Below, piece after piece: positions 1-10,499 of a stretch of DNA of 64,000 nt (the first letter of the stretch is position 1; each line of letters opens with the position of its first letter). The translations under genes and the position numbers were made by a program. The DNA comes from Eledone cirrhosa. Taxonomy: Eukaryota. Below the pieces are notes generated by a model. The model saw only the letters and a list, made by a program, of their open reading frames with translations. It did not search any database and was not told the origin of the DNA. The stretch lies in NCBI GenBank assembly GCA_964016885.1, contig OZ024757.1, positions 5,828,001 through 5,892,000 on the forward strand. Direction: 5' to 3'.

Positions 1-178
1 ATATAATAGTTGTAATGTCACTGGTGCTGATCTATATCAGCCTTTCCCTTGGACAACATGACATATAGTCTATATATATTGGACAATATTATATATAGTG
101 TATATGTGGTGTATATAGTAGTTGTGACAATATTCTATATACATATGTACACACACACTGACAAACATGTATATACAT

Positions 179-240
179 ATAGAAGGGTCGGATGAGAAGT
201 TCATAGACTGACCAAGTTACTCTCATGGAATGAGACAATG
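179..240 (+). mobile_element. Mariner-like terminal inverted repeat remnant
   Basis: ta-gaagggtcggatgagaagttcatagactgacc resembles mariner TIRs (TA-CGAGGG...AAAAGT). No partner TIR was seen. Confidence 0.4.
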
Positions 241-768
241 TATACACAAATATATACTATATATATGTATACAAACACATATATATTGTATAGTGAAGTC
301 ATACAACATATGGTAATATCATGTTTTCAATTGTCAGTTAGGGAGGTACATTGTGTTCTTAAGCAAGACACATCATTCCACATGTCTCTAATCTCCACAG
401 CTGAAAAAGACAAGTATCAGCTTTAGTTGGAGGTTTAGCATGGGTTGTATCATTCTCTGCCTCCAACATTTTCCCTGCAGCCACAAACCCAGGCTTTACT
501 ACCTGCAATAGAGAGAAGAGGGAGATAGTTATATACTGGGGCCTGACAAACCACTTCCTATTTGTCCCCACACTGCTGATTTCTTCCTCAAAATTAGAAA
601 GACAGCAGCCCCCTTGAGGAAGTAGTCTCATGAGGTGGGGTGGATGTTGTAGTGGGTGTCTCTGGCTATTCTCTGTGGTAACACCTTTGCCATTTTGTCT
701 GTAGGGTGGGGCTGAATCACAGCTCAGACTGAAATATAAAGTCTGTCCCTCTCCCGTTATTTTCGTTG

Positions 769-949
769 GATTGGCAGTGTCGGTAGAGCGTCGGACGCCA
801 AGCTTTGTAGCATAGAGTTACCTCCCTTTATGATCTGAGTTCAAATCCCGCCGAGGTTAACTTTGCCTTTGATCCTTACGAGGTCGATAAAATAAAGTAC
901 CAGTAATACACTGCGATAATTACTCGCCTTGTGCCAAAAGTAGAAACAA
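769..949 (+). mobile_element. tRNA-derived SINE (MetaSINE-like core)
   Basis: A box tggcagtgtcgg, B box gagttcaaatcc, core gcctttgatccttacgaggtcgataaaataaagtaccag, and a 12-bp TSD ttattttcgttg (757-768/950-961). Confidence 0.85.
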
Positions 950-1479
950 TTATTTTCGTTGTTTGATTCGTTTTTTCTTTTTTTTTCCATTACGTAAATA
1001 TTTTATTACCTTTAATAATGTGTTTTGGTTTAATATGAACAGTTATATAACATTAATAACGTTATTTATTCAAATCTGAATAAAGTACTAGCATATCTAT
1101 TGAACGTATGAATCTAAACTATAATAAAAGAAGGAGCGCGGGACTGCGTACAGTTTCTAATTGTTTATCCCATTAATAAAATAAGTTAGATTACTTTGAA
1201 TAAATAATGAATGACTATTACATAATTTATCTACTAAATTTCGGGGCTGTTGATTAAATATATTTTGTTTGTTTAAAAATTCACTTCTTTAAAATTTCTG
1301 AAATGCCAACACTTCCGGTTGGTCATCACTTCAATAAACTATTAATTTTCTGTCACTAATTTTCTCCTAATGCAGTTTATATATAATATCGTCTTTTTTA
1401 ATGTATCATGGATTACGTTACTGATTACATAAGACAGTGTAACACAGTCTTCGTTCAATTTCTGTGTATTATATATTGT

Positions 1480-1669
1480 CAAGGCGGTGGATTGGCAGTC
1501 TTGGTAGAGCGTCGGACGCCATGCTTTGACGCATAGAGTTACGGCCCTTGTCATTCTGAGTTCAAATCCCGCCGAGGTTAACTTTGCCTTTCATCCTTAC
1601 GGGGTCGATAAAATAAAGTACCAGTAATACACTGGATAAATTACTGGCCTTGTGCCTAACGTTGAAACA
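1480..1669 (+). mobile_element. tRNA-derived SINE, same family
   Basis: A/B boxes, same core, TSD attatatattgt (1468-1479/1670-1681). Confidence 0.88.
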
Positions 1670-2861
1670 ATTATATATTGTAAATTACGATTTTATTTGA
1701 TGTATCATATCTACATGTATATATATATACTTGCGTATAATATCAATATACACACTACACATGCTAGCTGAAAACCACCCGAAGGTAGCATGTGTAGTGT
1801 GTATATTGATATTACACGCAGGTATATATACATGTATCATATATACCTGCGTATAATATCAATATACACACTACACACGCTACCTTCGGGTGGTTTTCTG
1901 GTAGTTCATATAACGGAAGTTGTTTCTGAATGTATTAAATTGTGTGGGGGACTTTTAAGTCATGACACCGGTGTCAACTAGACGGTGAAATATTACCATT
2001 TATATCAGCTCCATTGTTACAACTTAAACCTCATCTAATTTTATCTTTTATGGTGATTATTTCATATTAAGGTGGACGTTAATGTTTGTAAATAACATAA
2101 GGTGACTTATTTACCTTATAGTTGTTGTTTTATCACCTGTATTATTAAATATTGAAGGGGTTGTTCAACATTTTACAGGACAGGAAAATATTATTTTAAT
2201 CAGAAATCAGTGATAATTTAGTTTTTACTAACTTTTCTTGACTTTATATTTGGTCTTGAGAACTAAAGTACGTATTATTTCCTTTTCCACCACAACACAA
2301 ACATTGTGAACTTTTCTATCTGAAGTGAAATATCTTGATTTATTACAACACCTACACACACACACACACACATACGTCTATTACTCTCTCTTATACCTAC
2401 ACACTGTATGTCTGTATATATATGTATATATATTAACCTTGATCTTTTGAAATTATTGATACTAATTCTCTTGTCACCTGAACTGTCCCCAATAACAAGA
2501 ACCTTAACTATAGAAGTCTTATTCGCTGTTTTATGAGATGAGGACGTTATTGTGAATAGAGCTTCTCTCACTTTAACAATAATAATAGTGGTATATTCCA
2601 CAATAATCAAACACACACATATATATATATAGCCACTTGCCTTTTATTCATCCAAGATCAGTCTTACACTGACATATGTCTTATTACTTGTACCAATTAA
2701 ATGCTACATTACAACTTGTAGAAGAAGAAAGCAGACTTCTGCAGTCTTTTATGGACCCTTTGTATATTAGAATACATGGCATCTATTAACGATACCTACA
2801 TTTCTTAATGTATCAGTAGAAGTGGTGAGAATCCTTTATGTAAAGATCTCTAGCTAGAAAT

Positions 2862-3527
2862 ATGTCTGAATATAGCTGTGAGATTTGTAGGAAAACTTTC
2901 TCTTCAAAACTGAAACTATCCTCACACGAGAAAATACACAGAGGAGCAAAACCCTTCCATTGTGAAATATGTGGGAAATCTTGTGTCTTGAACAGTGATT
3001 TAAAAAGGCATATAAGAACACACACTGGAGAAAAACCTTTTGCATGTGAAATATGTGGGAACTCTTTTCCTCATGTTGCTAATCTTGTAAAACACAAAAG
3101 AATACATACTGGTGAAAAACCTTATTCATGTGAAATATGTGGGAAATCTTTTTCTAGTAATTCTATTCTTGTACAGCACAAAAGAATACACACAGGAGAA
3201 AGGCCTTTTTCATGTGACATATGTGGGAAATCTTTTTCTCAGAGTTCTCATATTGAACATCACAAAAGAATACACACTGGTGAAAAACCTTATTCATGTG
3301 ACATATGTGGGAAATCTTTCTCTAGTAATTCTACACTTGTAGTTCACAAAAGAACACACACGGGTGAAAAACCCTTCCATTGTGAAATATGTGGGAAATC
3401 TTTTTCTAATAGTTCTCATCTTGTAAAACACAAAAGAAAACACACTTGTGAAAAACCTTATTCATGTGAAATATGTGGGAAATCTTTCTCTCAGAATTCG
3501 TCACTGGTTGTTCACCTACGTAGTTAA
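2862..3527 (+). CDS. Tandem C2H2 (Kruppel-type) zinc-finger protein, 7 complete fingers plus an 8th lacking its final His
   Basis: CxxC-x12-HxxxH repeats with TGEKP linkers. ATG at 2862, possible splice acceptor (cag/tag) near 2813-2818, AATAAA near 4652. No KRAB/BTB-type effector domain is visible. Confidence 0.9.
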   Translation: MSEYSCEICRKTFSSKLKLSSHEKIHRGAKPFHCEICGKSCVLNSDLKRHIRTHTGEKPFACEICGNSFPHVANLVKHKRIHTGEKPYSCEICGKSFSSNSILVQHKRIHTGERPFSCDICGKSFSQSSHIEHHKRIHTGEKPYSCDICGKSFSSNSTLVVHKRTHTGEKPFHCEICGKSFSNSSHLVKHKRKHTCEKPYSCEICGKSFSQNSSLVVHLRS

Positions 3528-3637
3528 CACTTGCGATAAACCCCATCACTCTGAAATGTGAAACACACAAATATACAGACACACTCTGGACTGAAGTATA
3601 TGAAATGTGAAGCTTGAAAAATCCTTATCTTATACTT

Positions 3638-4142
3638 ATCATCATCATCATCATCACGGTTTTCCCTCCATTCTTCCACACTAGCATAAGTTAGACGGGT
3701 TGTCCTGTTGTGGGCAATGCCAGGTCAGGTAACTGATTTTGGCTTGATTTCTACAGCTGGATGCCCTTCCTAACACAAAACCTCATTTACAGTGAGTGGT
3801 GGGTGCTTTCTTTACCATGGTATCTACATGACTACTTTACAGTGTGGGCTGGGTGCTTTTTTTGTCGTGATATCTCCATGACCATTTTTGCAGTGGGTAG
3901 GGATGGGGAGATATTGTCTATATGCTTCAGCTTCGGCTTGTACCCGTGTGAAGTCGGGTCTTCTGTATTACCGACTGACATCAGAGGTCACGGTCCTGTG
4001 TCATTGTATTTGAGAGGCACAATTGGGCAAGGTCAGCTTTTATCACCTCATCTCAGGTCTTCCTGGTTCTCCCCACTCCATGGCTTACATCGACTTTTAG
4101 AACTCTGCACCTGTTAATGCAGCTGTCATCCTTCATACGCAT
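3638..4142 (-). mobile_element. RTE LINE 3' end with (GAT)n tail
   Basis: The minus strand translates to MRMKDDSCINRCRVLKVD..GVGRTRKT*DEVIKADL, homologous to ~13005-13190, followed by the same 3' region and a (cat)n tract at 3638-3656. Confidence 0.8.
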
Positions 4143-4143
4143 C

Positions 4144-4179
<36 letters not shown>

Positions 4180-4184
<5 letters not shown>

Positions 4185-4420
4185 CTCAATCAAACAAGAA
4201 ACATACTGCCATATATTGAAGATTACTACAATAACTAGGGAGCCGAGGACAAGACGTACCAGACATTCCTACCGAAGAATGGATGCCCTGATGAGCTGGC
4301 TCCTGTGGTGGATACCTAACCATAGTAAGACCCTAGTGGGATGACTGAAAATGTCCTACATAGATCAGATGTCTAGGGATGTTCAGCTGGGGACTAATGA
4401 TCTCAAGAAGGCCACGAAAT
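4180..4420 (+). mobile_element. RTE/RTEX-like LINE 3' fragment (partial paralog at ~9010-9200)
   Basis: R..RHSYRR..LMSWLLWWIPNH.K..VG...SYIDQM.RD pattern. Confidence 0.55.
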
Positions 4421-5779
4421 AATATATATATATATTGATGAACATTTATTATTCTCCTTCTCTGGAAGAAATCACCTGTTCCAACCTGGTGAGTGAAGGG
4501 CTCCACCAAGCTTCAAATGTCCACAGTGACACCCCTATGACTCCATCAATATAAAAAAAACAAACAAGATTGATGTGTTTATATGTGTTATTTTACAAAC
4601 ACTAACTGGTTTATGTTTATATTTATGACAAAATATCCACATTTATGTGTAAATAAAAACAATTTTATAACTTTAATATTTGTTGATGGTACTTTCATGA
4701 CAGTTGAAATTATGACTTTTTTTTAGAAATAATTCACATTTGAAAATACTTTACAACTTTCTTCTCTTGCCAAACAAAGGTTTGGTAGGACCCTTCAGTT
4801 CTGTCAAAGACATGACAACCTCTTTAGTACTGGTGCCACAATAAAATACACTCAGTAGAATGTAGAATAACCACTGCCCCCTGGTTTGTAAAGACCTGTC
4901 CCACCCTTGCTAGCAGGGAAAGTAGACATTAAATGATGATCTATGATGTCATTGGTGCCAAGTTGTTTCAGCTATTCCCTTGGACAACATTATATATAAT
5001 GTGTATGTAGTATATATATAGTTTATATATTGTCTATATGTAGCATATACTCTATATATAGTGTATACATTGTGTAAATGTAGCACATACACTATATACA
5101 TATTATTTATATGTATAGTGTATATTTTGTGTATCATCATTATATCTACTATTCCATGCTTGCAACAGTTGTACAGGTCCTTCTCAGCATGGCATCTCTC
5201 CACTAGATGCGTTCCTTCATCTCTTCCAGTTTTAGCGTTTTGAGTTCTCACAACATTTGACCCTGATTTTCTTGGTCATCCTCTACTGTGGCTTCCTTCC
5301 ATTTTGTCTGTAGGGTGGGGCTGAATCACAGCTCAGACTGGAATATAGTGTCTGTCCCTTTCCCTCTTCCATTAGTGACATTGCTTGATTCCTTTTTCTT
5401 CTCTTCGTTTCCATTTCTTAAATATTTTATTACCTTTAATAATGTATTTTGGTTTAATATGAACAGTTATATAAAATTCCGAATGTTATTTACACAAATC
5501 TGAATAAAGATTAGCTTATTGATTGAATGTGTGAATTAATATAACTGAAGTTGTTTCTGAATGTATTAAATTATGTAGGGGACTTTTAAGTCATGTCACC
5601 ATCCGGAAAAGGAAACACAGTCAACGACACCACGTACCTGCCATCTTAAGTATAACTTTAATTAATCTAATTATATTTTATGTAGTAATTATCTCATGTT
5701 AAAGTGAAAGTTAATATTGTGTAGATAATATAGAGTGAGCTACATGTTTCAAGGTAGGTGTTCCTACATGATTAAATAT

Positions 5780-6070
5780 TTCATTTCATGTGAGAAATCT
5801 TTTACAGATAGTTTGGTACTTAATAAACATATATGTCTTCAGACTGGAGGAAAGAAACTTCCAGTGTGAAACATGTTGGACATCTTTTATTCAGAATTCT
5901 ACTCAAGTTGGCCACATATTCAGACTGCAGAAAAAGGACTTTCCCCAGTGAAACATGTGGGAAATATTTTGTGTCTAACAGTAACTTAGAAACACACACT
6001 GGGGATAAAACTATTTAACTGTGAACCCTGAGATACCCTTCCTTTTACCAGTCTAAACTTATTGTCCACC
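5780..6070 (+). pseudogene. Decayed C2H2 zinc-finger array
   Basis: Remnants such as tgtgaaacatgt, ETCGKYFVSNSNL and HTGDK, broken by frameshifts and stops. Confidence 0.75.
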
Positions 6071-6959
6071 AACCTCAAAAATGTAACCATAACACTTCTA
6101 CAGACACAATTTCTTAAATATGTTTTTAAATGGAATTAAAATCCTTTCCATGTCTAACTTTTGTCTTCCTAGATTCATTTTCTGACATTTCCTGTCTAAC
6201 TGGCCCTAACAAGCCGCTCATGCTGATGTTAAGGTATTGTTCCCAAAATAAATAATATCAAAATCTCATAGATACAATATTTTGTGAGATAATTATGTTT
6301 ACTGGGAAAATATAACAGTAAATATAGAGTAACGTTAATGATAAAGGCTTAACTAAACCTAGAAGAAAAGCAGACGTTACTGGATATTAATTCAGTGATT
6401 AGTGCTAAGGGAGACAACACCGCCTGGCTTAAATTAAGTCCCAGGTTGGTATGGTCAAGTAAACTTATAATTAAAGGTTTTCCTGCCGTGACAATAAACT
6501 ATAATGGCATATATATGTGTGTGTGTGTATATATATATATATATACTATTAGTAATAAACGGAAGATATATACTTTATATCATCTCTTTATTTCATTATA
6601 TATATTTCGAAGATGCAAAGTTTTATGTATAACAGGAAGCAACACATGTTCTCCTTAGAGAAAATACAGAGAAATTGTATAATTTGGACAGATCAGTGAC
6701 TAGCAGGCATACATATGTATGTATATATATATATATATATATATATGAAAAATGATGAAATGATGATATATACATACGTATATATATGCCTGCTAGTCTA
6801 CCAACATATCAGGAAAAAATTATACATTTTCTATGTATCTTCTCTAAGGAGAACATGTTTTGCTTCCTGTATATATATATACTCAAATAATGAATTAAAA
6901 CACATCAAATATGTTTAGAATTTTGTGTTACTCAATAAGCAAGATCAATAGATTTTATC

Positions 6960-7180
6960 TAGAGCCATAACGACCAAATACAAAGATATATGTATATATA
7001 TATAGAGAGAGAGAGAGAGACATAACAACCAAATATAAAGATATATATATATATAGAGAGAGAGAGAGACATAACAACCAAATATAAAGATATATATATA
7101 TAGATAGAGAGAGAGAGAGAGAGACATAACAACCAAATACAAATATAAATATATATATAGAGCGAGAGAAAGAGCAATAT
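6960..7180. repeat. ~50-60 bp minisatellite (cataacaaccaaatataaaga + (TA)n(GA)n)
   Basis: Four copies are visible. Confidence 0.8.
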
Positions 7181-7322
7181 ATCATATATCCTATACAATA
7201 TGTGGCTCTTTCTCTCTGTATATATAACCAAGTGAAAAGATATATGTATATATCTTTTCACTTGGTTATATATATATTATAAGAACAGATTAAAGTTTAA
7301 GCAAAGAATCACTGCTTTCACC

Positions 7323-7729
7323 TCTGGAGAGGTTTGGGGAGTATGTGTGTGTTTTTGTAGGATGTTAGTCATGGTAAGTTTTAACTGTGAGAGTTTATTC
7401 TCGAGATCCTACGAAAACACACACATACTCACCACAACCTCTCCAGACCACAACTTGCTACCCTAAGTTAACCTCAGATCTAAGAATCTTGTATACTTCT
7501 CATCGGACAAGGGAAAATAATTTTGTTATTACCAGAGAGGCCTACAACAACCGAGCCCACCAATATCTCAACTACGACAGTCTCTACTCGGACGTCACTG
7601 GAATTACACCCACACTGATAGAGAACCAGATCAACACTGCCTCGACCAACATCTCGAAGGCTCCTGAAGAGATTCCGGTAGAATTACATAACAAGAAACA
7701 GCAGACTGCCCAACTTCTGCCATCTGATC
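7323..7729 (+). mobile_element. Penelope-type RT N-terminal fragment with a 5' inverted segment
   Basis: Frameshifted SDKG-x-x-FC..Y...A..YL...Y and NSRLPNFCHLI (compare the PLE motif LPxFYxLxKxHK). 7323-7363 is the reverse complement of 7406-7447. Confidence 0.6.
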
Positions 7730-8197
7730 ATTTTACAGGACAGGAAAATGTTTTTTTAATCAGAAATCTGTGAATAATTAGTTTTTACTAAATTTTCTTG
7801 ACTTTATTTGACAACTAAAGTACGTATTATTTCATTTTCCATCACAACACAAACATTGTGAACTTTTTAGTATCTAAAGTGAAATATCTTGATTATTACA
7901 ACACGTACACACATATTTCTACACACACGTCTATTTCTCTCTCTCATACGTAAACACTGTATGTCTGTATATATATATATATATGTGTATATATATTAAC
8001 CTTCATCTTTTGAAATTATGGATATTAATTCTCTTGTCACCTGAACTGTCCTCAATAACAAGAACCTTAACTATAGAAGTTTATTCGTCGGTTTTGGGAG
8101 CTGAGGATTTTAGTATGAATAGAGCTTCTCTCACTTTAGCAAAAATAATAGTGGTATACTCCACAATAATCACTTATATATATGTATATATATATAA

Positions 8198-8381
8198 AGC
8201 ACCCAGCACTCACTGTAAATGAGGTTGGTGTTAGGAAGGGCATCCAGCTGTAGAAATCAAGCCAGAATCAGTTCCCGTATGAGCAAGACAAGGTCAGCTG
8301 ACCGGACACTGCCCACAACAGGACAACACATCTAACCCATGCTAGAATAGAAGAACGGACCTAAAACGGTGATGATGATGA
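8198..8381 (+). mobile_element. RTE-tail SINE or LINE 3' end
   Basis: ttggtgttaggaagggcatccagctgtagaaa...aacccatgctag...(gat)n, shared with 13380-13530. It is absent from the paralogous site near 2625. Confidence 0.75.
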
Positions 8382-8622
8382 TATATATATATAAGCACTT
8401 GCTTTTTTTCTCTAAGATCAGTCTTATGCTGTCATATGTCTTATTACTTGTACCAACTGAATGCTACATTACAACTTTGTAGAAGAAGAAAGCGGAGTTC
8501 TGCAGTCTTTTATGGACCCTTTGTATATTAGACTACATGGTATCTATTAACCATATCTACATATCTTAATGTATCAGTAGAAGTGGTGATAATCCTTTAT
8601 GTAAAGATCACTAGCTAGAAAT

Positions 8623-8874
8623 ATGTCTGAATATAGCTGTGAGATTTGCAGGAAAACTTTCTCTTCAAAACTGAAACTATCCTCACACGAGAAAATACAC
8701 ACTGGAGAAAAACCCTTCCACTGTGAAATATGTGGGAAATCTTTTACTGATAATTCTAATCTTGTCATCCACATACGGAGTCACACTGGAGAGAAACCCT
8801 TCCATTGTGAAATATGTGGGAAATCTTTCACATGGAATTCTTCGCTGGTTGTTCACAAATGTAGTCAACACTAG
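8623..8874 (+). CDS. Short 3-finger C2H2 paralog of 2862..3527 (possibly a pseudogene)
   Basis: Finger 1 is identical at the protein level ([26 protein letters not shown]) and the flanks are homologous. The third finger ends HKCSQH-stop. Confidence 0.75.
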   Translation: MSEYSCEICRKTFSSKLKLSSHEKIHTGEKPFHCEICGKSFTDNSNLVIHIRSHTGEKPFHCEICGKSFTWNSSLVVHKCSQH

Positions 8875-9386
8875 TGATAAACCCCATCACTGTGAAATGT
8901 GAAACACACAAATATACAGACACACTCTGGAAAGAAGAAAATAAATATATATATGTGTGTTTGTCTGTGTGTGTATATATATACATATATAAATATATAT
9001 ATTGCTACTGAGGATAGGATGACCTGATGAGCTGCCTCCTGTGGTAGATACCTAAACATTGTAAGACCCTAGTGGGATGACTGAGATTGACCTACATAGA
9101 TCAGATGTCACAGGATGTCCAGCTGGAGATTAATGATCTCAGGAATGCCATGGAAGATCATGACATCTAAAAAAGAAGTGTAGAATTGTTCTGGCAAATC
9201 CACCTGACCTAATAAATGATAATAATAATAAGATATATTGATGAACATTTATTATGGTGAAATATGTTGAAAATCATTCTCAGATGTTTTGTATTGTAAT
9301 CCACAATGAAGTTCTACTTCATGAAGTTCTACTTCATATTATTTGGCATTAAGGTTTCTTATAGAGACTCCTCATTTCATTGTTGA

Positions 9387-9702
9387 GGGTGGTGGATTGG
9401 CAGAATCAGTAGAGTGTCAGACGATATGCTTTGTGTCATAAAGTTACATTCTGTATTAAAATCCTGCTGAGGTTAGCTTTACTCTTCTTCCTCAGAGGTT
9501 CAGTAAAATAAAGTACCAGTAATGCACTGGGGTTGAGTTAAAAGTAGAAACAGTTATTTAAAGTCTATAAAACAATGGATGGAATGCTTTCTGCCATATT
9601 TGTTCTGGTTCTCTGCTCTGGGTTTAAATCCTGCTGAGGTCAACTTTGCCTTTCATCCATTCAAGGTTGATAACAAAAAAGTACCAGTCTACCACTGGGG
9701 TC
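9387..9702 (+). mobile_element. Two older SINE copies in tandem
   Basis: Head ggtggattggcagaatcagtagag, plus two degraded cores each ending aagtaccag. Confidence 0.7.
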
Positions 9703-10499
9703 TGTTCTTCCTCTCCATATTTCTTTCTCACTTCCTCTCTCTCATTCTCTCTCCTTCTCTGGAAGAAATCAACTGTTCAAACCTGGTGAGTGAAAGCTTC
9801 ACCAAGCTTCAAATGTCCACAGTGGCACCCTTATAACTACATCATAAAAAAAACAACAAGATCAATGTGTTTATTTTATAAACCTTAACTGTTTTATATT
9901 CATATTTGTGACAAAATATCTACATTTATGTGTAAATAAAACCAATTCTATAACTTTAATATTTGTTGATGGTACTTTCATGAGAATTCAAATTATGACT
10001 TTTTAAAAAATAATTCACATTTGAAAATACTTTACAATTTTCTTCTCTTTTTCTTCACCCATTCCTGAGAGGGTTGTAGGGGTTAGACTCCTCACACACC
10101 CCTTCTACGTGCTGTTTGTAAAATTTCTCCAATACACTACACACACACAACAACACATCACTCTGCACACACACACCACATCAAAACACCACAATACACC
10201 ACAACAGACACATCATTCCACACCACACCACATACAAACCATGTAGTTATACCAACCCAGTATCTTAGTTTTAGTGATATTTGTGTAACAAATCTCAACA
10301 TCCCAGATCTTAGCAAGTGGAGTGGAACTCATCAGATTGGACATTAAATGATGAGCTGTGACATCATTGGTGTCAATCTGTTTCAGCCATTCTTTGACCA
10401 ACATTATATATAGTGTATGTATGTAATATATATATATATAGAAATCATATATATATATATACAGTATTTATATGTTCAAGAGAGTAGGTGGAGGGGTGT

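Larger units (their letters stand above)
18..10420 (+). repeat. Tandem segmental duplication of a ~5 kb ZNF-bearing unit
   Basis: A homologous anchor recurs at 18, 4949 and 10364. Collinear blocks are ~688-1130/5298-5540, 2170-2610/7730-8175, 2630-3590/8395-8930 and 4455-4770/9750-10050. Confidence 0.85.

Noticed and set aside
769-860. tRNA gene suggested by A/B boxes
   Set aside because: Box spacing is extended, there is no cloverleaf, and it has a TSD and multiple dispersed copies, so it is a SINE head.
4285-4310. CTGATGA motifs here and at ~9024, ~22364 and ~10330 (minus)
   Set aside because: None has a correctly placed GAAA, stem III or stem I, and most lie in LINE coding remnants.
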